Below are positions 1-13,872 of a stretch of DNA of 64,000 nt, piece after piece. The notes beneath the pieces were generated by a model, which worked only from the letters and a program-made list of their open reading frames with translations, was not told where the DNA came from and searched no databases. The position numbers were made by a program, and so were the translations under genes. This DNA comes from Utricularia gibba (lineage: Eukaryota; Plantae; Magnoliophyta): the NCBI GenBank assembly GCA_002189035.1, contig CM007990.1:6129690-6193689 (forward strand), read 5' to 3'. The number at the start of each line of letters is the position of its first letter. Within the stretch, counting starts at the first letter, position 1.

Positions 1-99
1 ATCATCTTCTGGGGGGTTTTTAAATCCACTTTCCGTTTTGATTTCTTCCGGACCATACGTATCTCCCCCAACGTAACTAACAGCATCATCCATTTCCAT
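1..99 (-). CDS. Possible 5' part of a gene running off the left edge of the window (unassigned)
   Basis: ATG at 99 opens 33 stop-free codons to the window edge: MEMDDAVSYVGGDTYGPEEIKTESGFKNPPEDD. It is divergent from bS21. No family recognised, and it could be an internal exon. Confidence 0.35.
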   Translation of the reverse strand, partial: MEMDDAVSYVGGDTYGPEEIKTESGFKNPPEDD

Positions 100-765
100 T
101 GAAATTCCAATCTAGATGAAGAAAGAGAACTGTTGCACAAGCAAAACCTCGCAGTTAAATTTTTTTTTTTTTTCTAAATCTCCGATCTTGATGCAGAATC
201 CAAAAACTGGAATTCCAAATTATTTTGAGTTGAGAGAAGATCGCATTGGAGCAAGCTCAAGTAGATGCAACCAGTATTGATGACCTAAAAGAAAAGAAAA
301 GTATCATTCATTCAAAAAAGTGGAGCAACACGAACCCTTGTTGGAAAGTTAACCTAGATCATGATTTTATCAACATGGAGAATAGGTCAGTAGTACCATC
401 ACTTAGTTTGACGCTATCCACAGGGACAGTGAATCAAAGCAGGCTGGGCAGCAATCTCTTTATAGTGCGGTAACGAAAGCAGCATGTGAAAGTTGCCACT
501 GGTAGGAACAGAGTTCACAGTTGTTGAATGAGCGCGAAATCGGCTTCACTCACTGCAACCTCCAAGAAACCTCGCGACTTTTTCTTCTTTTCACAGCAAC
601 TCGAGGAGTCAAAAACGCGGTCGCCAAAATAGAAAAAAAAAAAAAACCCGTTTTAAAAGAATTTCATTTTTTGCCCTATTTGAACGCTTTTGCCGAAAGT
701 GCGAGAATTTGTAGGATTGGCCAAACCCTTGATCCTCCAAATCACAACCTGAACTTCCGGCGAAG

Positions 766-2025
766 ATGATTCAATCGGCGGCGAAGCGATGGTCGACCTC
801 CTTAGTGGCTCTCAAGTCAGCGAATTGTCAGCTGCAGCAGTGGCGAGGTATCCGAGTGAAGGTTCTGAATAATAATTTAGACCAGGCCTTGGCTCTGTTG
901 CAGAGGAAGATGCGTGACAGTGGTATCGAGCGTATGATTAAGGTTGAGCAGACATGCCACATTAAGAATTCCGAGAAGCGCGTCCTGGCTAAGAAGAATC
1001 TGGAGCGGAAGATCCGGTCTCAGGACCTTGCCCGTAAGCTTAAAGCGATTCTTGTGCAGAAAGTCAGGTGAGATGATCGGAATTTTGATGATTTAATCAG
1101 GTTTTAGAGATTTTATTTACGGAACGCTTACCATTTGATTCAACGTTGATCTTGCATCTGTCATTTCTTAAGCTTAGCCGAAGTGTTTAGTGTGCTGTGT
1201 GGAAAGTCTAGATTTGATCCCAAGTGTTGCAAAAGACCCCAACTTGCAATGGATGCGCAAAAATTGGCATAATGTTACAGTTCGTGTTACTAGATTTTGT
1301 GGTCTGGTTGGTGAAGGGTATTCGCAGAGGTTCGAGTCAGAGGGGAGAAATTAGGAGTTTCAGGATTATGACTTTTTTCCTGCCTTTGGAAGCGGAAATA
1401 CATGCAACAACTTGGAGGGAAAGGGAGAGTATGATGGACATGAATGATAAACACAGATACAGCGAAAGTTATTTGTGAATAATGGATGTCCAAAAGCTAA
1501 TGAATGATGTACAGTCCCCTCTGTTGAGTGGATAGAGGGGGTTACTGTCATTCATATATTTGACTGCTGATGAATTTTTGCTGCCTGGTTCCTTGTCTTT
1601 TCTTCTTTCTCTTCTGTATTGTTTGTTAAATTTCCTTCTGGATGTAACTAGGTCATTAGGCGACGGTAGGTTCCTCTTTCTTTAGTCTTCAGTTCAAATA
1701 TAACGTATGAATGCAGATAGCTTGATTTTTCCCTAGCTGATATCAAGTAAAAAAAAATATTTCTGCTCTTATCATATGAATGCAGCTATCTTATGAGAGT
1801 TTTGAAACACCACCTGTGGGATGTGAAGGCTACTTTAGCCATTGAATCTCCATATCCACTCCACTTATCCAGATTTTGACCGCATCCATACACTTTAGGG
1901 ATTATTTGATTCCATTCATAGCGCTCAAACTATTCCGTAACATTCCCATTGTCATTCTCGGAAGTTGTGTTGTTTCATGAAGTGATTATTGGTTTCTCTC
2001 GCTTTGTATCTGCAGGGGTCTGTGA
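766..2025 (+). CDS. RPS21: Mitochondrial-type ribosomal protein bS21 (2 exons: 766-1067, 2016-2025)
   Basis: QQWRGIRVKVLNNNLDQALALLQRKMRDSGIERMIK...HIKNSEKRVLAKKNLERKIRSQDLARKLKAIL is the plant bS21 pattern. GTGAG donor at 1068; TGCAG acceptor at 2015 gives the ending KVRGL*. Confidence 0.9.
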
Positions 2026-2555
2026 GGGAAGCTATCAGGATGCCCGCTGCTTGGCACTCCCTTTGTTTTCCGGTGGCTTTTTCGCGTCTTACAGGACAAG
2101 GAAATGCAACGTGTAATCAGGATGGCGTTTTGCTTTCTCTGAGGCTCCATTTCATTTGTTGTCTCCTGCATATAGGCATGACTGAGTGCAGGAAGCATAG
2201 GTTTTGGGAGGTCCAGACCTGAGATTGATTTGTTGTGATGATCTTTTACAAAAATATGCTGCCAGAGAAAAGGGTGCTTTTATGTTCATTATGCTGCTTA
2301 TCATATGCTTATGCAAAAGTATTGAATAATAATATAATCTCACAACGATAGTAGTTCAAGCCAATGGAGCGATTTCAGTAAAAATGAGGGGGAAAACAAA
2401 TAAAATGTACGCCAAATTTTGTGGCAAAATTTAGTTGAGGGGTTTTGAGGTGGAGTCCAGGCGCGAGTAGCAACAAGCAGGGTTTAAGAGACATTCCAGC
2501 CATTTCGTCATCGCCTTCCAGCCGGAGGACAGACTGCTCGTGTGGTGCATGGGAG

Positions 2556-5500
2556 ATGGAGAAAAAGAGACTCCGATTGGTGTTTAAAGATGGAGAGATT
2601 TTGAGCGATGCCCAGAAGTCGGAAGGCTTGGCACGCTGCTGGGTTCTCCTGAAACCCCAAGAAATTGGCACTGTTTCTGATCTCATCTCTCACCTTCTCG
2701 ACTTATTTCAACTCCGAAAATCCTGCCCTCATGGTCTCATCCTTTCTGTAAGAACTACGTGAACCCCACATTTTGTATTTTTTTATTCATGTTTTTGTTT
2801 TTCTGCGAAGACTATGTATGCTTTCTGAGATCATGTATTTGGGTTCGCATTTTATTCTCACAACTTCTGTCTTTGTGTTCTCTATCGTTGGCACCTTGTG
2901 CCTGTGTAGGTTTTTGAATAATTTGATTTTCTGAAATTAATTTATGTCAGACGTCTGGTTTCGTGCTGCCACCATTTGAGTCTTCAAGCATCTTGGAGTG
3001 TAATGAAATTATCAGGTTAGTGTGAAGTAAGCCCCGATGGATACCTAAACATGCTCTCCATCTTTACTTTACATTTTATTGAGAAATGTTGGTGAGCACG
3101 TAAAAGGAATTAATTATGGATGAAATTATCTTTTTTTCACAACCAGAGTAACCAAGAAGAAAGCGCCCACTCTATGTTTAGAGGATGATCGTGCTTCTAA
3201 TGAAGTTGAGAAAGTGAAAGACAAGCAGAGGAAGCTTGTGGATAATGGTGTCCTGCTTTTGGAATTTGAGAAACAAAAGGGTGGCTTTCAGGTTGAGGAT
3301 GCTGAAGAAGATTTCAATGAGGTGGATGAAGAATTAGACCCTTCTACTAGTAGAAGAGGATCAAAAAGTCAAAAAAGAAAAGCAGACGATAAACTTCTCC
3401 ACCCAAAGTACGCATTTTGCTTCTCTTATCCTCGGTTTATGGTTTTTCTTCTTTGTTTTATTGATGATGTTGCAAAATTGCGTCTTTCGCAGGAAGAAAA
3501 AAAAAGTCTCTGAGGCTACTGGAAGTGCTGCTGAGAATGGTGCTCCAACAGGAAACATGGTTGATTCCTCCTCCAACAAAAGGGATAACAGCGATCGTGA
3601 AGATAACCCTCAAAATAATACTGAACACGCTAATGTGGGCGATAAGGATGATATTGCACTCTCTAATATAAAAAGGTGTTATTGGAAACCACTTTGATAA
3701 TTTTTGCTTTTTTAATCAAGCCAATTTTTTCCTTTATTTATGTGTTCAGATGCAGACATTCTGATGTTGAAGATAATGACAAAGGGACACCAGACACTAA
3801 ACCCACACCTACCAAAAAGGTCTTCTTCGTTGTATGTGCAATATTTATGCATACGCATTCTTACAAACGATCTTATTTGATTTAATATGTAGGGCCCTAG
3901 TAGAAGTGCAAGACGGAAGTATGCCAAGAGACGTTGGCTGAGAGAAATGGCTAAGATCAAGCAAAATACCACAAGTGAATCAGAGGGCCTTGTAAGCTCA
4001 AAATGTTTTATTGTGAGACTACTCTTTATTAGTTTCCCATTCTTTTGTATTCTTTATACAGAAAAATTGGAAAGAAGATCAATCTAAAGCAAAAGGAAAT
4101 AAGGTGCCATCTCCTGTTGAATAGTGTTTGACTACCATGCTTCACATAACTTCAAACATGTATTTTGCAGCGCAACTGGGAAAAAAATCTTGATGATCCC
4201 GTTAAAGATGTGCAGGATGATGGACCTAGAGGGCTGGTTTGTATCTTATAATTGTAGCCATTTGGTGTCTTGTTTGGTACTTTGAGATTGTGCATCATGC
4301 AGCTCCACTGGAAGCCATCATCACAGAATGGTAAACTTAACGACGGAAAAAAACGTGGATGGAATAAAGAGCGTCTTCATAAGCCTTTATTCTATGCTGA
4401 TGATGCTGATAAAGGGAAAAATCAACTTAGTGGTGAAAATTCACAACCAACCATTGACTGGAGTGGCCTCGAATCAGTGACTCCAGAAAAGGATGATGTG
4501 GATGAGCAACCAGCTCCTAAAAATAGTGCTTTAGAAGGGCATCAAAATAGTCATGCACCTGGAACACCAAATGAGTCTTCTGATGAGGAAAATGAAGTTG
4601 TTCCTGTTATGATCAGACCTGGGCACATTCGATTTGAGCCATTAGGAAAGGGTATAACTTTGTGGGTGCTGTCCGACTTTGATTTTTATTCGATTCCAAA
4701 ATGTTCTTTTTTTACATAATTATATTTCATTCTTCATTCACTGGAACTTTGGCGGTCAATCAGCTCCTCTTTGTAATTGGAAATTTTTGTGATTAATTTC
4801 ATGATGTGAAACTGATTTTTCTGACATTTAATTTTTGCATAGAGTATCTCTCATATATTATAGTATGCCTACTGTTTTCTATGATCTGTTCCTTTTTCTC
4901 TTATAGGTGTAGAAGAAGCTCTTCTGGAAGATCATGTATCTTTGGTATGTATGTTTAGTAGTGATTGAGACATATGGACCTCAACATGTTGAAGGTTTCC
5001 CATACTTTCTCCACTAGGAAACCTATTCATGGAATGGGATTACCAACAAGAAGAAAGGCCAAAAATGGGGGAAGGAAGACAGGTCATTCACTCGCCAAAA
5101 TTCTTACAACAACTCTGATTTGCCTCCTAGCAAAAAAGAGAAAGAATATGAAGACTTAGACTTTGAGAAGCTTCCAATTCATGGCATACCAGAGGTAGCT
5201 AGGTTGATGTATTCTCTGAACTTATGGTATTTCTGTACATCTCCCATCACTTAAACATGTGGTATTTTTTTTTTTTTCAGGAAGGAGACATAGTTGCTTT
5301 TCGTGAACTTGAGTTGTCATCAAATATGACTCCAGAAATTTCCAATTATCGAGTATAGACCATCCACCACCATTGGATTCAAAGCATATTTCCAGCTGCA
5401 TTTTTAAATCTTAGGCTATTCAATGTGTTTGATTCAGGTTGGTAAGGTGTTATCTTTCGATGTTGAATCCAAGAATGCAGTTTTGCAGCCAGTACCAGGC

Positions 5501-6245
5501 CACCCATTCATACAAAAGAAGACTGCTGACGATGAAAATTCGCAACCAGATGATTCCTTTGAGAACCAGGATGGTCCTTTGCAGGTAAACAAATGTGCAC
5601 ACTTGGTATTCGGTATTCTACTCCCCTACTTATGGAAGATAGGCACTCCCATTATAAGAGACTTGAGTGTCAACTTGTCAATTCTAAATGTGACTCCTAC
5701 CATGCCACCACCACACTGAGCAAATGTTTGGTAGGCTTATGCTAGAAAGGAGCTAAGCGCTGTCCTGCAGGTTGACTATTCAACGCTGCTTGATGTACGG
5801 TTGGTCTCCAGGAGTTCAGGACCTCATGCCAAATGTCCCAGGAAGTTGAGCAATGGCTGTGCAGGCAACGAAAACGCTTCAAGTTCGCAAACTGTTGAGG
5901 CCATTTCAGGTTTCTACTTATTGCAACTCCCGATTTTGTATATTCCAGATCCATGTTTTTTCCATTCAGAAATTTCCGTACTCTGGAGTCCGATTTTCAG
6001 GGGTGAAAGAGTCAGAGCACTGCAAAGGAGCACTGCTTGCAGAAACAGGAATATGGGAGCAACTTAGTGAGGCTGTAGCCGCAAAAAAGGAGCAGCTTTC
6101 ACAGAACCAATGGAACAGAATTCCGGAGAAGAAAGAAAATCCAGCAGCGGATATAGGAGGGAATCGTTCATGGTCATTCAAGGCTCTCAGAGGCAGTGGC
6201 CTTGGTCCTACAATGGCCTTGCTAAGGTCGAGCAAGAATTTGTAA
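2556..6245 (+). CDS. COIL: Coilin (Cajal body scaffold), multi-exon
   Basis: N-terminal RLRLVF...ILSDAQKSEGLARCWVLL...CPHGLILS/GFVLPPFESS; middle VVPVMIRPGHIRFEPL; C-terminal SWSFKALRGSGLGPTMALLRS*. These match plant coilin blocks, joined by GT-AG introns. Confidence 0.88.
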
Positions 6246-7385
6246 CAGCAGGTACTAGCGGAACCGCATCAATGGGGTTGGTTTGTCTCTCAAATGTATG
6301 CCAATGATGAGTGATCTTAGGTTCAGGAGTGCAAGTTGCCGTGACTGATGTTCATTGAGAATCCTATCCTCTGACGTAGCGACAGCATCCTTGCGGAACC
6401 GCCTCCGTCACCAACTACGCGGCCCGTAACGCAAGGTGCAAGTTTATTACGCATCTCATCGAACGAGGGAGGGGAGTGTCGTGAAGTTGATCTGGGCTGG
6501 GCTTCCAAGGAATGATGAGTACTGTGGGGACAATTACTTTAATTACATAGGCACAGTAAACAAAATAAAAATGGAATTACCAAGTACCATGTCGATTTGA
6601 ACATCTATTTTTAAAGGAGGAAAATTTAATTCCAACTCATGGCTGAAATTACCCAAATCATAACCCTAAATTGGACAGCACACACCCAAGTTGCTTTTGT
6701 GATTGACTTCCGCGTCACCGGAGGGTCTCCGCCGCGGTGGATCTCGTTGGAGACCAGTATTTCGACGCACTTCTATCAGGTGAGGTTGTGAAAGGAACTG
6801 CGCACGTTGTCGGTTTACGGGCATCTCTTGGAAACTGATTGGGGTATTTGGATAGTACACGGTAGCTGGTGTTCGATATTTTCACTCGCTGATTCTAATT
6901 GTTCATAGCTGAGCAATTTCTCAGATTTGGTTGCTTGGATGAAATGGGCATCTGGGTCTTATGCCCTGATGAATATATGATGTAGGGTTCAACCTAGTTG
7001 CCTTTGAAATGCTCAAGTCTGAATGTAAGCGTATGCGAAAGAAGAAATTACTCACGAATAATTTCCGGAACCTTTTTTTTTTTTTTATTGTTGACGTATT
7101 GCGGTCGTTCTTTGCTGTAGATCTGCATGCAATGTTTTTTATTTGCTTCACCTAATTCTCCAAAGATTCATGTTTTTGTTGAATTGATTCATCGGAACCT
7201 GCGTGGTACTCCGCACTGGCAGTACTTAGGTCTCGTTTTGGGTCCTAGATCTTTAGATCTTTTATTACGAGTTAGTGAAAAGGTCTTTAAGATGTCATTG
7301 TAGATTATCGAAACTTCCCTGCCTCAATTGATTTTTTGCTTCTGCATAATCAGGTGTGTAGACTAGGAACTGATAACCAGTGTTT

Positions 7386-9293
7386 ATGGATCCAATCCAT
7401 AGAAAGCAAGCGGACTATGGAGAGGAAGAGTATGATGGACATCAAAGGATGCAAGACCACCATGGTGCAGCTATACCTGCCCTTGCTGATGAGGAAATTA
7501 TTGGTGAGGATGATGAATACGATGACCTCTACAATGATGTTAATGTTGGAGAGGGTTTCATGCAAATACAACACTCAGAAACGCAGATGCCTTCTCCTAT
7601 GGTCGATGATAATCCTTCAGGGAATGGAAATGAAGCAGTGCCCTTAATACAGGCTAACAATTCCAGATCAAGCAATGATCGGTCCTATGGACCTTCCGTT
7701 GCCCAATTACCCGAGCAGAAAGAGGGCTTTACAAGCACAGGAGAGGCATCACTTGCTACTGATCATTCTCAGAGGGGCCGGATTCCTGATGTAGCCCACA
7801 TTGCTCAGTCAGATCCCTTGGGATATCAAGGATCTGTTGTCTTGTCTAATAAAAATACAGAAGATCGGGCAAACAACTCAGATAAAATTGTGGGTGATAC
7901 TGCTTCTTTGGCGATTCCTAGTATGGTTAGTTCAAAAGGAGTCCCTCATGCTCCTTTCAATTCAAACAGTTTGCCTACAGATGCCAATGCAAATCGCTCT
8001 GTGGATGTGGATTACCTTAATCGACCATCTTCTGGAAATGGAAATACCATGCTCTATGTTGGAGAGCTGCATTGGTGGACAACAGATGCAGAGCTCGAAA
8101 GCGTGCTTATTCAGTATGGAAAGGTGAAGGACATTAAATTTTTTGATGAAAGGGCGAGTGGGAAGTCAAAAGGTTATTGCCAAGTTGAGTTTTATGATCC
8201 TGCTGCTGCTTACGCCTGCAAGGAGGGTATGAATGGGCATCTATTCAATGGGCGGGCCTGTGTAGTGGCATTTGCCACGCCACAGACCATTAAACAAATG
8301 GGTGCTTCATACATGAATAAGAACCAAAGCCAGGGTCAGTCACAGAGTCAAGGAAGAAGTGCTATGAATGATGGTACAGGACATGGTATTGGAGCGAATT
8401 ATCCAAGTGGAGATGATGGGAGAAACTTTGGACGTGGAGGCTGGGCACGAGGTGGAAATCAACAACTTAACAGAGGTTCAGGTGCTGGCAACATGAGGGG
8501 AAGAGGAGGCATTGGAAATAAGACGATGATGGGAAATACACCTGCTGCTGGTGGAGGAAATTATGCACAGGGGATTGGTGGACCAGGTTTTGGTGTGCCT
8601 CCTGGTATGATGCATCCTCAGGGCATGATGGGTCCTGGTTTTGACCTCGCATTTATGGGTCGGGCTGCTGGATATGGGAACTTCTCCGGTCCAGCTTTCC
8701 CAGGAATGATTCCTCCCTTTCCTGCAGTAAATACAATGGGCCTCCCTGGTGTTGCTCCGCATGTCAATCCTGCTTTTTTTAGTCGAGGTATGGCACCCAA
8801 TGGGATGGGCATGATGGGAAATTCTGGAATGACTGGTCCCCATTCCGGTGTGTGGAATGACCCAAACTTGGGTGGTGTGGGAGGTGACGAACATGGACGA
8901 GGTACAGGAGAATCTAGCTATGGTGGTGAAGATAATGCTTCAGAATATGAGCATGGAGATGCAAGTCAGGATAAAGGAGGGAGATCCAGTGCTGCTTCAC
9001 GAGAAAAGGAACGAAATTCTGAGCGTGAGTGGCCTAATAATGTTGATAAGAGACACAGAGAAGAGAGGGAACGTGAAACACGGCGATATGATAGGGACAC
9101 TAGATACAGGGAAGAAAAAGCTCGACATCGGGATTACAGCCACAGAGATCGTGATGCAGGTTATGATGATGAGCGGGACAGAGGTCAATCTTCAAGATCA
9201 CACAGTCGTTCAGGTGCGGTCCCAGAAGATGATCATAGGTCTCGATCTAGGGATGCTGATTATGGGAAACGGAGGCGTATGCCATCTGAGTGA
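7386..9293 (+). CDS. Cleavage factor I large subunit-like RRM protein (CFIm59/CFIm68, CPSF6/7 family), single coding exon
   Basis: AIPALADEEIIGEDDEYDDLYNDVNVGEGF N-terminus; RRM with LYVGELHWWTTDAELE...FFDERASGKSKGYCQVEF; Gly/Pro-rich middle; RD/RE/RS-rich C-terminus. A probable 5'UTR intron ends at 7352. Confidence 0.85.
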   Translation: MDPIHRKQADYGEEEYDGHQRMQDHHGAAIPALADEEIIGEDDEYDDLYNDVNVGEGFMQIQHSETQMPSPMVDDNPSGNGNEAVPLIQANNSRSSNDRSYGPSVAQLPEQKEGFTSTGEASLATDHSQRGRIPDVAHIAQSDPLGYQGSVVLSNKNTEDRANNSDKIVGDTASLAIPSMVSSKGVPHAPFNSNSLPTDANANRSVDVDYLNRPSSGNGNTMLYVGELHWWTTDAELESVLIQYGKVKDIKFFDERASGKSKGYCQVEFYDPAAAYACKEGMNGHLFNGRACVVAFATPQTIKQMGASYMNKNQSQGQSQSQGRSAMNDGTGHGIGANYPSGDDGRNFGRGGWARGGNQQLNRGSGAGNMRGRGGIGNKTMMGNTPAAGGGNYAQGIGGPGFGVPPGMMHPQGMMGPGFDLAFMGRAAGYGNFSGPAFPGMIPPFPAVNTMGLPGVAPHVNPAFFSRGMAPNGMGMMGNSGMTGPHSGVWNDPNLGGVGGDEHGRGTGESSYGGEDNASEYEHGDASQDKGGRSSAASREKERNSEREWPNNVDKRHREERERETRRYDRDTRYREEKARHRDYSHRDRDAGYDDERDRGQSSRSHSRSGAVPEDDHRSRSRDADYGKRRRMPSE

Positions 9294-10308
9294 TAATGCG
9301 GGTGAAGTTTCAAACGATTTCAAATCTGCTTCCATCATTTAAAGTGACGTTTTTAGAACAATTAACAGGTTTAGAGCTCCCCGTGATTATGTGGACGCCA
9401 ATTTCCTTGCATTTTGAGTTTGAAGAAGTAAGTGCCTTCTATCTGATACGGATGGGAGAATAGACTCTCTGCTTTTATGCCAAAAACTGACTTTGATGTT
9501 ATATCATATATGTGTGGTAAGCACCTTAAGTGCTTCGATATGATTTGATGTATGCCATGAAATTTCTCATTCAGGTTGATATAAATCTGATTTTCGTGTC
9601 AAGCATTGGCTCATTGTGTATGATAATTAATGTCTTGGACTTTTCTTTCAGTCGTAGTCATGATGCTGGGCACGGTCCTTAGGTTAATCATACTGGTTTA
9701 CCCGATGACTATTCCAAGTTCCATGTTTTTTTTTATGCATCGATAAGAAATGTTGGAAGTATTGTTATGATTTTGCATACTTCATTTAAGATGTGGATTC
9801 CTTTTTTCACTTCCCTCCCATGTGTTAGGTATGGGAGTTACTTCGTTTGGGATTTAATAATGCTTTATAACTGTAGAGTAGCTGTGTTCTGCGTATGGTG
9901 CTGTCAATAGTTGTATAGATGATTGACATGGACTTTTCTCTTATTATCCTACTCAGGAACAGATAAAAATATAACTTGTGCACCCTCCTGGGATATTTCT
10001 GAAATGCTTAGTGCTATGTTCCAAAGAAGCCTTAGTGTTTTGGGTTCATGAAGCATACGCACGCGTAGTGTCATGCTCTTGGAAGTAAATGTATATCCGA
10101 TGTATATCCTTGTTATAGGTTCCCCACTGTAATTGTTTCTTTGTAAAAAATGTGTAACTGATCTCTAAGCTTGTCATCCTGGGATGTGAGATTTGTGTTC
10201 GGAGACGTTGTAAATGTGTATGAGGTCTCGTGTAAACACGCCTCCACTAGTACTTGTAACTCTTGGGAGTGTGATAGCCAACAGGCGGAGGCTCATGATA
10301 GGAGAAGC

Positions 10309-10678
10309 TGTAGATGTCCGAGTTCTCTTGTAACCACATTTGTAGATGCCCGAGTTCTCTTGTAACCACATTTGTAGATGCCCGAGTTCTCTTGTAACCA
10401 CATTTGTAGATGCCCGAGTTCTCTTGTAACCACATTTGTAGATGCCCTCTTGTATTTGTAGATGCCCGGTCTCTTGTAACCACATTTGTAGATGCCCGGG
10501 TTCTCTTGTAACCACATTTGTAGATGTCCGGATTCTCTTGTAACCACATTTGTAGATGTCCGGGTTCTCTTGTAACCACATTTGTAGATGTCCGGGTTCT
10601 CTTGTAACCACATTTGTAGATGTCCGGGTTCTCTTGTAGATGTCCAACCATTTGTAGATGTCCGGGTTCTCTTGTAAC
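10309..10678. repeat. 32-bp minisatellite, about 12 units (consensus TGTAGATGYCCGRGTTCTCTTGTAACCACATT)
   Basis: Period 32 confirmed at 10321/10353/10385/10417. Units start at 10309, 10341, 10373, 10405, 10437 (20 nt), 10457 (30 nt), 10487, 10519, 10551, 10583, 10615 (38 nt) and 10653 (partial). Confidence 0.97.
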
Positions 10679-10743
10679 GACAAGTGCGAACAGTGTTTCT
10701 TTTATAATATTTTTTTTGATTCTTTGATGAATATACCACCCAA

Positions 10744-10817
10744 GGTGTCGTGGTGTAGTTGGTTATCACGTCAGTCTAACACACTGAAGGTCTCCGGTTC
10801 GAGTCCGGGCGACGCCA
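10744..10817 (+). tRNA. trnV-AAC: tRNA-Val (anticodon AAC)
   Basis: Acceptor stem GGTGTCG/CGACGCC-A; A-box TGGTGTAGTTGG; anticodon arm TCAGT-CTAACAC-ACTGA; B-box GGTTCGAGTCC; CAA just upstream; T-run terminator about 15 nt downstream. Confidence 0.97.
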
Positions 10818-10955
10818 TCAAACTTATGTTTCTTTTTGAAAGGCCAAAAAAAGCATTTGTATTTCATTTCGAGCTTTTCCGGCTAGCCCAAAAAACACGC
10901 CCGAATGTTCGCCGGAAAAGCCCAAAATGGCGGCCCGGTACTTCTGCATGCGATA

Positions 10956-10975
10956 CGACGTCGCTGATGACGTCA
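10956..10975. promoter_or_regulatory. as-1/ocs-like double ACGT element upstream of GAPC
   Basis: CGACGTCG-CTGA-TGACGTCA: two 8-bp palindromes with centres 12 bp apart, the geometry of as-1/ocs TGA-bZIP sites, 200 bp upstream of the GAPC ATG. Confidence 0.55.
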
Positions 10976-11175
10976 GAAGGCATGATGCATTTCTGGCACA
11001 TCCAACCACAAATACTCTCTTTCAAAATATTTAGCAATCAAGTTTATTGTGTGTGTAAAGTGCAAGCTTCTGCAATAAATAAGACCGATAGCCCCCCACT
11101 CTCGCTCGCGTGCAACTTGCTTCTCCGCTGTTCCAGAACTTCCCAATCGGAATATCCTCGCAGATTCGTGTAGCT

Positions 11176-13249
<2,074 letters not shown>

Positions 13250-13872
13250 GGTGCCCGGCTTCTGCTTCTGCTTTTGCTTCTTCGCATGTGTTGCTGTTCG
13301 GGGCTGGGTTTAAGATCCCCACTTTGGCCCTGTTTTCACTTCGAGGAATAATTAGCGTCAGGTAACCCGAACTCAAATGACACTGTATTCAGGTTATGTG
13401 GACAGCTGGAAAACTTTTATTTCGAGGAATAAAAACGTTAGAAACATTTTTTTATTTTTGAAAAATTATGTAATCTTATTTTGTAATTCATTACAAGGAT
13501 ATGTGAAAACATAGGAACAAAGTGTGTTTGATGTTCAGTCTATTGTGGAGTGCAGTCTATTGGGTTGGTTGGTTTAGCCCGAAGCCCTACGCACCTGATT
13601 GCAAGCGTGAGCGACCGACTGGGTGAAGTTGATGTTCATCGTGCGCAACCAAACTCAAACGTGTCTTCCCCTTCTTGTCAGTTGGCCTGCAATCATATGC
13701 CCGGATTTCAGTTTTTTACAAAACTAAACGCGCGAGGGCTTTTCGCCAGTGGCTATACAAAAACAAAAACTAGCCCTCCAAAGACTATGAAATTTAGATC
13801 CGGCCTACGACTTTCAGAAGGTTCGTGTTTCCACCACAACACGCTAATGGTTTGGTTTGGTTTGGTTTGCCC

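Noticed and set aside
1652-1665. Possible alternative mini-exon in the bS21 intron (CTAG|GTCATTAGGCGACG|GTAGG)
   Set aside because: The downstream acceptor at 2015 already gives the expected KVRGL* ending, and there is no transcript evidence.
6304-6374. C/D-box snoRNA-like layout (ATGATGA...CTGA) after coilin
   Set aside because: There is no terminal stem and I could not match a guide sequence to rRNA or snRNA; such short boxes occur by chance.
8467-9342. Several antisense and alternate-frame ORFs inside the CFIm-like gene
   Set aside because: They are shadows of the Gly/Pro- and RD-rich coding sequence, with no recognisable domains.
10309-10678. CRISPR-like appearance of the regular 32-bp repeats
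   Set aside because: The units are directly adjacent with no unique spacers, there are no cas genes, and the context is eukaryotic.
10174-10769. Three overlapping minus-strand ORFs of 134-169 aa with repeating peptides
   Set aside because: They are by-products of the stop-free 32-bp repeat; the same peptide cycles through all three frames.
10873-10921. 11-bp perfect inverted repeat GCTTTTCCGGC / GCCGGAAAAGC between tRNA-Val and GAPC
   Set aside because: Too short, with no TSD, to call a MITE or miRNA hairpin; it is compatible with chance or promoter motifs.
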